From an uncultured Candidatus Saccharibacteria bacterium (GTDB taxonomy: Bacteria; Patescibacteriota; UBA1384; UBA12157; JAENIV01): a stretch of DNA of 44,030 bases. The stretch lies in assembly GCA_964433905.1 (NCBI GenBank), contig CAYSSM010000004.1, forward strand, positions 1 through 44,030, read 5' to 3'. A model generated the notes under the pieces. The model was not told the DNA's origin. It saw nothing but the letters and a program-made list of their open reading frames with translations, and made no database searches. Numbering within the stretch: position 1 is the stretch's first letter; the number at the start of each line of letters is the position of its first letter. Positions 9,325 to 17,586 of this stretch are shown piece by piece. A program made the translations under genes and the position numbers.

Positions 9325-11884
9325 GACATTTCTTATACTTCTTGCCGCTGCCGCATGGACAAGGATCATTGCGGCCGACTTTGGCGAAAGCACTGACCGT
9401 ATTTGTGGACACCCCTGGGGTGTCCAAATTGGTTGATTTGGTTCGGACTGATACTTGAACGCCATTATTTGATCCGGTTGTAGGAGTTTGTGGTTGTTGA
9501 GGTTGAGATGATTGACTAGATTCTGGCGCCACATCTGTAAAGGTTCCGGCCGCGGCTTGTTCGTCGGCGCCGCGCATTTGCATTGTTCTCATTGGTTGGC
9601 GTTCAATCGTTACCGGTTCCGGACGAATATCAGCTTTAAGCAAAATTTCCACTACTTGACCATCAATATTTTGCATTAATCTTTGAAATAAATGATAACT
9701 TTCAGCTTTATATTCCACGAGTGGATCACGTTGACCATAACCACGTAGACCAATTCCTTCTCTCAAATAATCCATGGCATTTAGATGCTCTATCCACATT
9801 GTGTCAATTGAACGAAGATAAACCATTTTTTCAATCTGACTCATTGTTTCCGGACCGACTCGATTATATTTTTCTAAATATTCTTTTCTTCCCACTTCGT
9901 CTATTAGATTCAAAATATCATCGTGAATTTCCGCACCTTCTAATATTTTTTTTCGCTTTGAATAAATTGCTTGACGATGTTTATTAGCAACATCATCATA
10001 ATCAACTAAATGTTTTCGTATATCAAAATTATGACCTTCAACTTTTTTCTGAGCCGATTCAATCGAACGGGAAATTAAAGAATGTTGGATTGGCATATCG
10101 TCCGGCAGACTCATACGAGTCATCAAACTTTTCATTCTATCGCCGCCAAAAACTCGCATTAAATCATCATCCATTGAGACAAAAAATTGCGAAGAACCAG
10201 GATCACCTTGTCTGCCGCAGCGTCCACGAAGCTGGTTATCAATACGACGAGCTTCATGGCGTTCAGTACCGATAATATGAAGTCCGCCAGATTTTACCAC
10301 TTTATCCCTTCTTTTTGAATCAAGAGGCGCTCCACCTAAAATAATGTCAACGCCGCGGCCAGCCATGTTGGTGGCAACAGTAACCGCGTCAACTCTGCCC
10401 GCCTGCTCAATAATTTTTGCTTCTTTTTCATGATGCTTGGCGTTTAAAACTTCATGTTTAATACCGTTTCGTTTTAGCATTTGCGACAGCTTTTCTGATT
10501 TTTCAATGGAAATTGTGCCAATCAAAATCGGTTGGCCAGTCTTGTTTCTCTCAATAATTTCTTTGACAACGGCGGAAAATTTTGCATCTTCATTTTTGTA
10601 AATTTGGTCTTGCGTATCCTTACGGATATTTTCTTTATTAGTAGGAATTTCCACAACATCAAGTTTGTAAATTTTCCAAAACTCTTCGGCTTCGGTAGAA
10701 GCCGTTCCCGTCATTCCAGCTAACTTTTTATACATTCTAAATAAATTCTGAAAAGAAATGGTTGCCAAAGTGTCGGACTCGCGCTGGACTTCAACATTTT
10801 CTTTGGCTTCAATCGCCTGATGTAAACCTTCGCTGTAACGGCGGCCGGGCATCATCCTTCCCGTAAATTCATCAACAATAATCACTTCAGCGTCTTTAAC
10901 AACATAGTCTTTATCTTTTTTATAAAGCGCGTGCGCAGTTAAGGCCTCTTCCAAATGATGAACGAGATTGATCGATTCCGTGCTGTAAACATTTTTAATT
11001 CCCAACATTTTTTCAATTTTATCCATACCAGCATCGGTAAGGGCGACTGAATGCATTTTTTCATCAACCGCGTAGTCAGCCGTCTCCTTCAAATTAGGGA
11101 CCATTTGTGCAAATTGTCGATACAAAGAAGCAGATTCTTCGGCTGGCGCGGAAATAATAAGCGGAGTGCGGGCTTCGTCAATTAAAATAGAGTCAACCTC
11201 GTCAACGATAGCAAAGTGTTGCTCACGCTGAGCCATTTGTTCCAAAGATTGGACCATATTGTCCCGAAGGAAGTCAAAACCAAACTCATTGTTTGTGCCA
11301 TAAGTAATGTCGGCAGCGTAGGCTTCTTTACGGGAAATTGGCAATAAATTATTATATTCAATATCAACCGGATCTTCATCCTTTTTTTCAGCGGTAAAAA
11401 GATACGACTTTTCGTGGTTAATGGCTGCAACCGTTAACCCCAACTTATTGTAGATAACACCCATCCAAGCAGCATCTCGGCGAGCCAAATAATCATTAAC
11501 AGTTACCAAATGAGCACCCTTGCCTTCCAAAGCATTGAGATAGAGCGGGAGAGTGGCAACTAAGGTTTTTCCTTCACCGGTTTTCATTTCAGCGATTTTA
11601 CCTTGATGCAAAACCATGCCGCCAACCAACTGGACATCAAAATGCCTTTGACCGATGGTCCGCTTGGCAGCTTCCCTTACACAAGCAAAAGCTTCAGGCA
11701 AAATATCATCAAGAGTTTCACCTTTATTCAATCGCTCTTTAAATTCAATAGTTTTTTCTTTAAGCTGTTTATCAGAAAGCTTTTCAATCTCTTTTTCAAA
11801 CCCATTAATCTTATCAACTGTCGGTTGAAGCTTACTTACAACTCCCTGATTTGAACCAAATATATTACTTAAAAAATTAAGCAT
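9314..11884 (-). CDS. secA: Protein translocase ATPase SecA with SEC-C motif
   Basis: [59 protein letters not shown]. Confidence 0.99.
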   Translation of the reverse strand: MLNFLSNIFGSNQGVVSKLQPTVDKINGFEKEIEKLSDKQLKEKTIEFKERLNKGETLDDILPEAFACVREAAKRTIGQRHFDVQLVGGMVLHQGKIAEMKTGEGKTLVATLPLYLNALEGKGAHLVTVNDYLARRDAAWMGVIYNKLGLTVAAINHEKSYLFTAEKKDEDPVDIEYNNLLPISRKEAYAADITYGTNNEFGFDFLRDNMVQSLEQMAQREQHFAIVDEVDSILIDEARTPLIISAPAEESASLYRQFAQMVPNLKETADYAVDEKMHSVALTDAGMDKIEKMLGIKNVYSTESINLVHHLEEALTAHALYKKDKDYVVKDAEVIIVDEFTGRMMPGRRYSEGLHQAIEAKENVEVQRESDTLATISFQNLFRMYKKLAGMTGTASTEAEEFWKIYKLDVVEIPTNKENIRKDTQDQIYKNEDAKFSAVVKEIIERNKTGQPILIGTISIEKSEKLSQMLKRNGIKHEVLNAKHHEKEAKIIEQAGRVDAVTVATNMAGRGVDIILGGAPLDSKRRDKVVKSGGLHIIGTERHEARRIDNQLRGRCGRQGDPGSSQFFVSMDDDLMRVFGGDRMKSLMTRMSLPDDMPIQHSLISRSIESAQKKVEGHNFDIRKHLVDYDDVANKHRQAIYSKRKKILEGAEIHDDILNLIDEVGRKEYLEKYNRVGPETMSQIEKMVYLRSIDTMWIEHLNAMDYLREGIGLRGYGQRDPLVEYKAESYHLFQRLMQNIDGQVVEILLKADIRPEPVTIERQPMRTMQMRGADEQAAAGTFTDVAPESSQSSQPQQPQTPTTGSNNGVQVSVRTKSTNLDTPGVSTNTVSAFAKVGRNDPCPCGSGKKYKKCHGK

Positions 11885-11926
11885 TTTTGATATGCCTCCA
11901 CCTCATATTTTAGCACTTTTTAGGGT

Positions 11927-11959
11927 AAAAGAAAAGCGGCAAGTGTGTTACCTACCGCT
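11927..11959 (-). terminator. Rho-independent terminator after hypothetical gene
   Basis: Minus strand agcggtaggt-aacac-acttgccgct then tttctttt. Confidence 0.7.
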
Positions 11960-11968
11960 GGAATAGAC

Positions 11969-12439
11969 TCATTCGATTAAAGTCACTGGCCGATTGAGCG
12001 CTTCGATCGGAATAGCAGCGACAACTTCTGCAAGGGTTGATCCTACTTCTTTTTCTGTTGCCTGTCGCTCATAGAAAAAGCGAATCTGTTTTATGAGCTT
12101 ACTGGCGAGCTGATGACCTATTGTGATGATCTCTTGACGATTATCGAACCGAGACTCGATATCCTTAATTGTCCAATAACTACTAGTTAGAGTGTTATTA
12201 CCGTGTTCACGGATGATAAACAGGTAATCTGGTCTAAAATAACCCACCCAAGTTATTTCAACCATATCAATCTGTCTAAGAAAATCATCAGGCAGAAGCT
12301 TACAAGCCTCAATTAATGCTCCGACTGCTCCGGCAATATCATCTGGACCGAAATTCTGATAATCTTGCGGATCATGATGTTCTAATCCGTGTACCGGAAT
12401 ACCAGTTTTTACCAGGAATCGAGGGATCAGCTTTCCCAC
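11969..12439 (-). CDS. Hypothetical protein (monocistronic orphan)
   Basis: 156 aa ORF with GGAG RBS-like motif, own promoter and terminator; no family recognised. Confidence 0.6.
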   Translation of the reverse strand: MGKLIPRFLVKTGIPVHGLEHHDPQDYQNFGPDDIAGAVGALIEACKLLPDDFLRQIDMVEITWVGYFRPDYLFIIREHGNNTLTSSYWTIKDIESRFDNRQEIITIGHQLASKLIKQIRFFYERQATEKEVGSTLAEVVAAIPIEALNRPVTLIE

Positions 12440-12471
12440 TTTCTTACTCCTCTCGTCATCAGAGTGATTTT

Positions 12472-12499
12472 AGTATAGCAAATTTTTCTATTCTGTCAA
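12472..12499 (-). promoter_or_regulatory. Sigma70-type promoter
   Basis: Minus strand TTGACA-16 nt-TATACT with extended -10 TG. Confidence 0.6.
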
Positions 12500-12634
12500 T
12501 GCAGCAAGATGTATTATTTATTACAACTTTTCCGCGATCGCGAGATTGTTGTAATAATTTAAACCTGTTATTTGAGTGATGCGCAATTTATGATACAACC
12601 AAAATAGTATCACTTCGGAAGTGTGATTAAATGG

Positions 12635-13006
12635 TCAGAGTTCGTTTGCTTTTTCTTCTTCAATTTTTGCTTCGTAATATTTGGTAGGGAAGCGAGAACC
12701 GATTTCTTTTTCTTTTATATTTTGTAGTTCGTGTTCTATTTTTTTATAGGCGATATCAATTGATGCCATAAATTCATTCGTCCGAGCGTGTGAAAAAATA
12801 GGGTTTTTAGATTCCGCCATAGTAAGCGATATATGAACGTCTTTATCCAAACCCCTTTTAGGACCTTGAGACTTTTCCGATAGGGTGACTTCGCAAACCA
12901 CCGGTTCTTTTACAAACTTATCAAGCCTTTCAATTTTTTCTTGAATGTAGGAATAAAGATTTTGGTCGACTTTATAATTGTTTTTGCCGCGGATTATTAT
13001 CTTCAT
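12635..13006 (-). CDS. hpf: Ribosome hibernation factor HPF/RaiA
   Basis: MKIIIRGKN..V...LYSYIQEKIERLDKF, ASIDIAYKKIEHEL. Confidence 0.85.
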   Translation of the reverse strand: MKIIIRGKNNYKVDQNLYSYIQEKIERLDKFVKEPVVCEVTLSEKSQGPKRGLDKDVHISLTMAESKNPIFSHARTNEFMASIDIAYKKIEHELQNIKEKEIGSRFPTKYYEAKIEEEKANEL

Positions 13007-13017
13007 TAAAAAACCTT

Positions 13018-13050
13018 TCTACTAAATACTAAATTATACGAAAATACTAA
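13018..13050. repeat. Left inverted-repeat arm flanking GxxExxY gene
   Basis: tctactaaatactaaattatacgaaaatactaa, complementary to 13456-13489. Confidence 0.7.
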
Positions 13051-13068
13051 TATTAAATCCGCAATTTT

Positions 13069-13455
13069 TTAACGAATATTTACCACCCGATAATATTTTA
13101 CACCATCGCGAGTAAAATTAGCTATAATTCCAAGTTTAAGACCAGTTATTTTTAAATAGCTTAAGATTTGTTCTAGATTTTGTTTTTGATAATAATTACC
13201 AGATTTTAATTCTAAAACAATTTTATTATCTATCAAAAAATCTAAAAAATTAATTCCGATTTTAATATTATCATATTTTAGATTAACAGCAATTTGTTCT
13301 TGAAAGGATATCTTTCTTTTAATAAACTCTTGTCTAACAGCGTTTTGATAATATTTTTCTCGATGACCTGCTCCCAAATTTTTAAAAACTTCGAAAAGAC
13401 ATCCAATAATTTCGTAACTCAAATCTGGATAAATTAGATCTTCTTTCTTTTTCAT
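13069..13455 (-). CDS. GxxExxY protein (PD-(D/E)xK nuclease-like)
   Basis: LGAGHREKYYQNA, DFLIDNKIVLELK, QILSYLK..LGIIANF. Confidence 0.9.
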   Translation of the reverse strand: MKKKEDLIYPDLSYEIIGCLFEVFKNLGAGHREKYYQNAVRQEFIKRKISFQEQIAVNLKYDNIKIGINFLDFLIDNKIVLELKSGNYYQKQNLEQILSYLKITGLKLGIIANFTRDGVKYYRVVNIR

Positions 13456-13489
13456 TTCGTATTTTAGTAATTATTTCGTATTTGGTAGA
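13456..13489. repeat. Right inverted-repeat arm flanking GxxExxY gene (overlaps serS 3' end)
   Basis: Reverse complement tctaccaaatacgaaataattactaaaatacgaa. Confidence 0.7.
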
Positions 13490-14679
13490 GTAATTACTTT
13501 GAAATCTACATATTTTTGTAAAACTTCCGGCACTTTAATCGAACCATCTTCCTGTTGATAATTTTCGAAAATGGCAATCAGCATGCGGCCGATAGCGGCG
13601 GCAGTGCCGTTAAGAGTGTGAACAAATTTATTTGAGCCGTCTTCTGTTTTGCAGTTACTTGATGAATGAGTCTCGCGATAGCTTTCTTGGCCTGGCATCC
13701 AAGTTTCGATATCGATAGTTTCAGCCGATGGCAAGGAAAGATCACCGCCACAAAGCGCCATCACTTGATATGGCAAGCCCAATCCTTGCATTATTTTTTC
13801 TTCAAGCGATACTATTAATTCGTGCTCTTTTTTAGAGTCTTCAGGCTTACAAAATGAAAACATTTCCAGTTTATCAAATTGGTGAACTCGCAGAATGCCT
13901 TTGACATCCTTGCCGTAGGATCCTGCTTCACGACGCAGGCAAGTTGAGAAACCAATAAATCTTTGCGGTAAGTTTTCAATTATTTCGCCAGCAAAATAGG
14001 GTAAAATTGATTGCTCTGAAGTTCCTACCACTACCATCTCATCAGTTTTGGTACGATAGGCGTCATCATTTACGGCTTCAAAATGACCGGTCCCCCACGC
14101 CATTTCATCTTTAATTAAAATCGGTGGGATTATCGGCTTAAAACCTTCTTTTTTAACAATATCTAAAACATAATTTATTAAAGCAAATTCCAGTTCAACA
14201 GCCTGATTTTTTAAGTAGTAAAAACGCGAGCCAGAAACTTTAGCCGCCCGGTCGATATCAATAAGATCTAAATCTTTACCAAGCTCAATGTGATCTTTGC
14301 CTTTTTCTAACTTTATCTCTCCCTCTTTTTTGAGAACTTTATTTTGAGTTTCATCAGCACCGTCAGGCACATCTTCAAGTGGAATATTAGGAATTACAGC
14401 GGCGGCAACTTTATAATTTTCCTGAACCTCTGCCAGCTGCGGCTCGAGATCTTTTAACATCTGTTTTACTTCAACAGCTTTATCGGTCCGCCGGTCGGCG
14501 GATTTACCTTCTTTAGCCAGCTGGTTTGCTTCGGCTCGTAAAGTTTCGATTCTATTTTGAAGATCTTTTTTTTCTTCATCTAATTTAATTACTTTTTCTA
14601 AATCAACATTAGTATGTCTTTTTGCCAATGATTTTTTAACTTCTTCCAAATTTTCCCGAACATATTTTATATTAACCAT
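13471..14679 (-). CDS. serS: Serine--tRNA ligase (apparent internal in-frame deletion)
   Basis: GSRFYYL, TSEQ, RREAGSYGKDVKGILRVHQFDKLE, HTLNGT. Confidence 0.95.
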   Translation of the reverse strand: MVNIKYVRENLEEVKKSLAKRHTNVDLEKVIKLDEEKKDLQNRIETLRAEANQLAKEGKSADRRTDKAVEVKQMLKDLEPQLAEVQENYKVAAAVIPNIPLEDVPDGADETQNKVLKKEGEIKLEKGKDHIELGKDLDLIDIDRAAKVSGSRFYYLKNQAVELEFALINYVLDIVKKEGFKPIIPPILIKDEMAWGTGHFEAVNDDAYRTKTDEMVVVGTSEQSILPYFAGEIIENLPQRFIGFSTCLRREAGSYGKDVKGILRVHQFDKLEMFSFCKPEDSKKEHELIVSLEEKIMQGLGLPYQVMALCGGDLSLPSAETIDIETWMPGQESYRETHSSSNCKTEDGSNKFVHTLNGTAAAIGRMLIAIFENYQQEDGSIKVPEVLQKYVDFKVITLPNTK

Positions 14680-16312
14680 TTGAGACCTCCTCTAATCTTT
14701 TTATAACAAAATTTTTATCTAAACTTGCTAGAAGCCAGCCGGCTTGCGGGCCAGAATCTTTACCGATGAAAATTAAATATATAGCCGAAAAAGCATCGCG
14801 GGGTGGAATTCCCATCTCATTTTTAATATTGTGGATTTCTTTGTGAAGATCTTCGCCAGCCCAAGTTTCTTTTGATTTTATTAAATTCAAAACTTTATTC
14901 AAAAATGTTTTTTGATCGCTATTTAATTCTATTCCCTGCGGTAATTCATCACAAATATTAAATTTATAATTTTCCGGAGCAAATTTTTCTAACCACAATT
15001 TGGCAATTTCAATCCTACTTTCGATTTCTTGTTTTTCGATATCCGATAGTGGAATAGCTCCCTCGTCGCCTTCGGCTCCTCGAGACTTCGCTACATGCCT
15101 AAAGGCGCTCGCTTTTTCTTTTTCGGCATATTCAAAAATATCAATTCTCGGCATCTGCAACATATAGGCAATTTTCGAAAACCGCAATAAATATTTAGGC
15201 TGGCCTGCCCCGAGCGAAGTCGAAGGGTCTTTTTTCATATCAATTTCGGTATAGTAGAAAGCTCGAGCTAAATCTGACTTTGGATCTTCGTTAAACATTA
15301 CAGAGGCACGATCATATTCATCATAAAGAAGCGGAATTGCATCTTCTTCGGGCTGAAAATCAATTGCCCTTTTTGCTTTTGTTCTGATAAGTAAAAATCT
15401 CAAAATGTTGGCCGGCAAAAAATCGTACATATCCTTAGCTGTTACACCAAGACCTTTTGATGAAGCCATTTTTTTACCGCCAACCAAAAAGAATTCGTAA
15501 TGAATGTCGTACGGCGGTTCTTGCTTAAAAACTTCTCTAAAAATCGCATTGGCCACATCTCGAGAACCACCGGCCGCAAAATGATCCTTGCCCTCACCTT
15601 CGATGTCAGTATTAAAAACAAACCATCTTGCGCCCCAAGCTACCTTCCAAGGCATCTTAGCATTACCGCCAAAGGGACTAATCTCGCCTTCGTAACCGCA
15701 ACCTTGTGCCCACTCTACCAGCTTTTCTTCACATCTGAATTTTACGAGTTTGCCATCCCAACCAGTTACTTTGGTTGTTCCTATTTTTCCACATTTAGGA
15801 CAGATGACCTGCAGGGGGAACCAATCAGGATCTTTCTTCGAACCCGAAATCTCAAAATAGATTTTTTGAATAGCGGAAGCATTGTCCAATACGATTTTTA
15901 TAGCCTCATCGTATTTCCCTTCTTTATGTAGCACCGAATCTCTAACAAATTTCGCTTTAATGCCTAGACCATCAAATATTTCTAGGGCTTCATTCAAATA
16001 TTGATCGGCAAAACTGGTCGATTTTCCATCCGGAGCAGGCACCTTATTAAGAGGCAACCCCATGTATTTTTGCCAGTTTTTGTCAACATAAATCGGCAGT
16101 CCATCCATAGGGTCAAAGTCATCAAAGCCGAATTGGAAAACAGCTTTCTTACTTTTATCTTCAAGACCGCGTCTGACTAAATCATGAACGATAAGTCCTC
16201 TAAGTGAGCCAATATGAGCATGGCCAGACGGTGTCATCCAATCAGTAATTAAATAAGACTCCTTGTCAATTTTCTTTAAAATATCTTCAATTATTTCATC
16301 TGTCCAAAACAT
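14672..16312 (-). CDS. lysS: Lysine--tRNA ligase, class I
   Basis: TPSGHAHIGSLR, CPKCG, GKDHFAAGGS, KMASSKG, SGPQAG. Confidence 0.95.
   Translation of the reverse strand: MFWTDEIIEDILKKIDKESYLITDWMTPSGHAHIGSLRGLIVHDLVRRGLEDKSKKAVFQFGFDDFDPMDGLPIYVDKNWQKYMGLPLNKVPAPDGKSTSFADQYLNEALEIFDGLGIKAKFVRDSVLHKEGKYDEAIKIVLDNASAIQKIYFEISGSKKDPDWFPLQVICPKCGKIGTTKVTGWDGKLVKFRCEEKLVEWAQGCGYEGEISPFGGNAKMPWKVAWGARWFVFNTDIEGEGKDHFAAGGSRDVANAIFREVFKQEPPYDIHYEFFLVGGKKMASSKGLGVTAKDMYDFLPANILRFLLIRTKAKRAIDFQPEEDAIPLLYDEYDRASVMFNEDPKSDLARAFYYTEIDMKKDPSTSLGAGQPKYLLRFSKIAYMLQMPRIDIFEYAEKEKASAFRHVAKSRGAEGDEGAIPLSDIEKQEIESRIEIAKLWLEKFAPENYKFNICDELPQGIELNSDQKTFLNKVLNLIKSKETWAGEDLHKEIHNIKNEMGIPPRDAFSAIYLIFIGKDSGPQAGWLLASLDKNFVIKRLEEVSNG
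15055..15110. repeat. Composite REP-like palindrome lying in frame in lysS
   Basis: tagctccctcgtcgccttcggctcctcgagacttcgcta plus gcctaaaggc; encodes SAFRHVAKSRGAEGDEGA. Confidence 0.65.
15203..15227. repeat. REP-like element lying in frame in lysS
   Basis: gcctgccccgagcgaagtcgaaggg (PSTSLGAG); intergenic relative tcctgagcaaagtcgaagga at 25075-25094. Confidence 0.75.
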
Positions 16313-16393
16313 ATTACCCTTTCAGGGAAATCCAAAACTCAAATACCAAATGCCAAATATTTCAAAATTTTGATTATCTAATTTCACTCTATC

Positions 16394-16442
16394 AAAAAAG
16401 AGACCTGATATCAACCGAGCATCGATATTTGGTCTCTTTTTT
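16394..16442. terminator. Hairpin with A/T tails, probable terminator after greA
   Basis: aaaaaagagacc...ggtctctttttt. Confidence 0.6.
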
Positions 16443-16448
16443 AAAAAT

Positions 16449-16475
16449 AGATCCCTCGCTAAAACTCGGGATGAC
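16449..16475. repeat. REP-like imperfect palindrome
   Basis: agatccctcgctaaaactcgggatgac. Confidence 0.55.
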
Positions 16476-16484
16476 CTTGTTAGG

Positions 16485-16940
16485 TCATTTTATGTCAATA
16501 ATCTTACAAGTCATCTTGCCATTAGGAGTATTGATTTCCACATTCTCACCTTTGACTTTGCCCATCAAAGAGTGTCCAATGGGCGAATCGGCAGAAATTT
16601 TTCCGGCAGTAGGATCAGATTCAGAAACGCCCACGATAACGTAAGTTAAAGTTTCGCCGTCTATTTTTAATGTAACAGCTGAACCCAATTCGACTTTATC
16701 AGTGCCATTCTTAGTAACGATTTTCGAATGCCGCACCATTTCTTCCAATTCTAAAATCCGCCCTTCAACAAATGACTGTTCATTCTTAGCATCTTCATAC
16801 TCGGAGTTTTCCGATAAATCACCATACTCGCGGGCATTACGGATTCTTTCGGAAACTTGCTTGCGCCGCTCCTTTAAAGTTGCTATTTCGGTTTGAATTT
16901 TTTGAAAACCTTCCTGAGTTAAGAGAATTTTTTCTGGCAT
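16485..16940 (-). CDS. greA: Transcription elongation factor GreA
   Basis: GDLSENSEYEDAK, ISADSPIG. Confidence 0.97.
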   Translation of the reverse strand: MPEKILLTQEGFQKIQTEIATLKERRKQVSERIRNAREYGDLSENSEYEDAKNEQSFVEGRILELEEMVRHSKIVTKNGTDKVELGSAVTLKIDGETLTYVIVGVSESDPTAGKISADSPIGHSLMGKVKGENVEINTPNGKMTCKIIDIK

Positions 16941-16990
16941 GTTTATTCCTTTTTTAATATTTTACATTATTTTAAAAAAAAGTCAAGTAT

Positions 16991-17551
16991 TTATTGGGTT
17001 AAACGCAACGGCACTTGAGTTAAGCTCTTCTCGCTACCATCGGCAGCTGAATTTTCGTAAACCTCTAAAATTACATCCATAGGTGATCGGCTTAAAACAG
17101 CGGAGATTGATTTATTGTAAACCGCATTGCCCATTTCACCGCTTGCTTCGACAAGTCCCTCTTTTATTACCGGTCCACGGCAATCTTTTAGGCGAAAATT
17201 GAATTGATTTTCGAAAACGCTAGCTTTACCCCTAAAAGTTAAATCTTTGCTCTTTTGAATCGAATAATCTTCCAGATTTTCGACGGTAATATTGGTGCTT
17301 TTGGCCGGTTTTTGTAGGCAATGAACTTCTTTTATTGTTTTTTCGGCATTGGCTGTTGAGGTTGGAGAAGCTGAAGGCGATGGCGAGAAACTTGCAACTA
17401 TCGAGCTGCTTACTGCAGGCGAAGGCGAACTTTCAACTTTAACATTTACCCTATCCTTAAAATAAAAAAACCAAGCGGCAGTAAAAACAGCTAATAGAAC
17501 GATAACGATGATGACAATAAAAATCCAATATTTTGATTTTTTTTGAGACAT
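16991..17551 (-). CDS. Membrane-anchored protein with Gmad2-like Ig domain
   Basis: TM helix, SP-rich linker, GKASVFENQFNFRL, EVYENSAADGS. Confidence 0.7.
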   Translation of the reverse strand: MSQKKSKYWIFIVIIVIVLLAVFTAAWFFYFKDRVNVKVESSPSPAVSSSIVASFSPSPSASPTSTANAEKTIKEVHCLQKPAKSTNITVENLEDYSIQKSKDLTFRGKASVFENQFNFRLKDCRGPVIKEGLVEASGEMGNAVYNKSISAVLSRSPMDVILEVYENSAADGSEKSLTQVPLRLTQ

Positions 17552-17586
17552 TCTCCCTCCTTTTAAGTTACTTTCTATATTTTATA

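Noticed and set aside
9325-9534. N-terminal extension of the MBL hydrolase
   Set aside because: Overlaps the secA C-terminus; ATG at 9324 is the plausible start.
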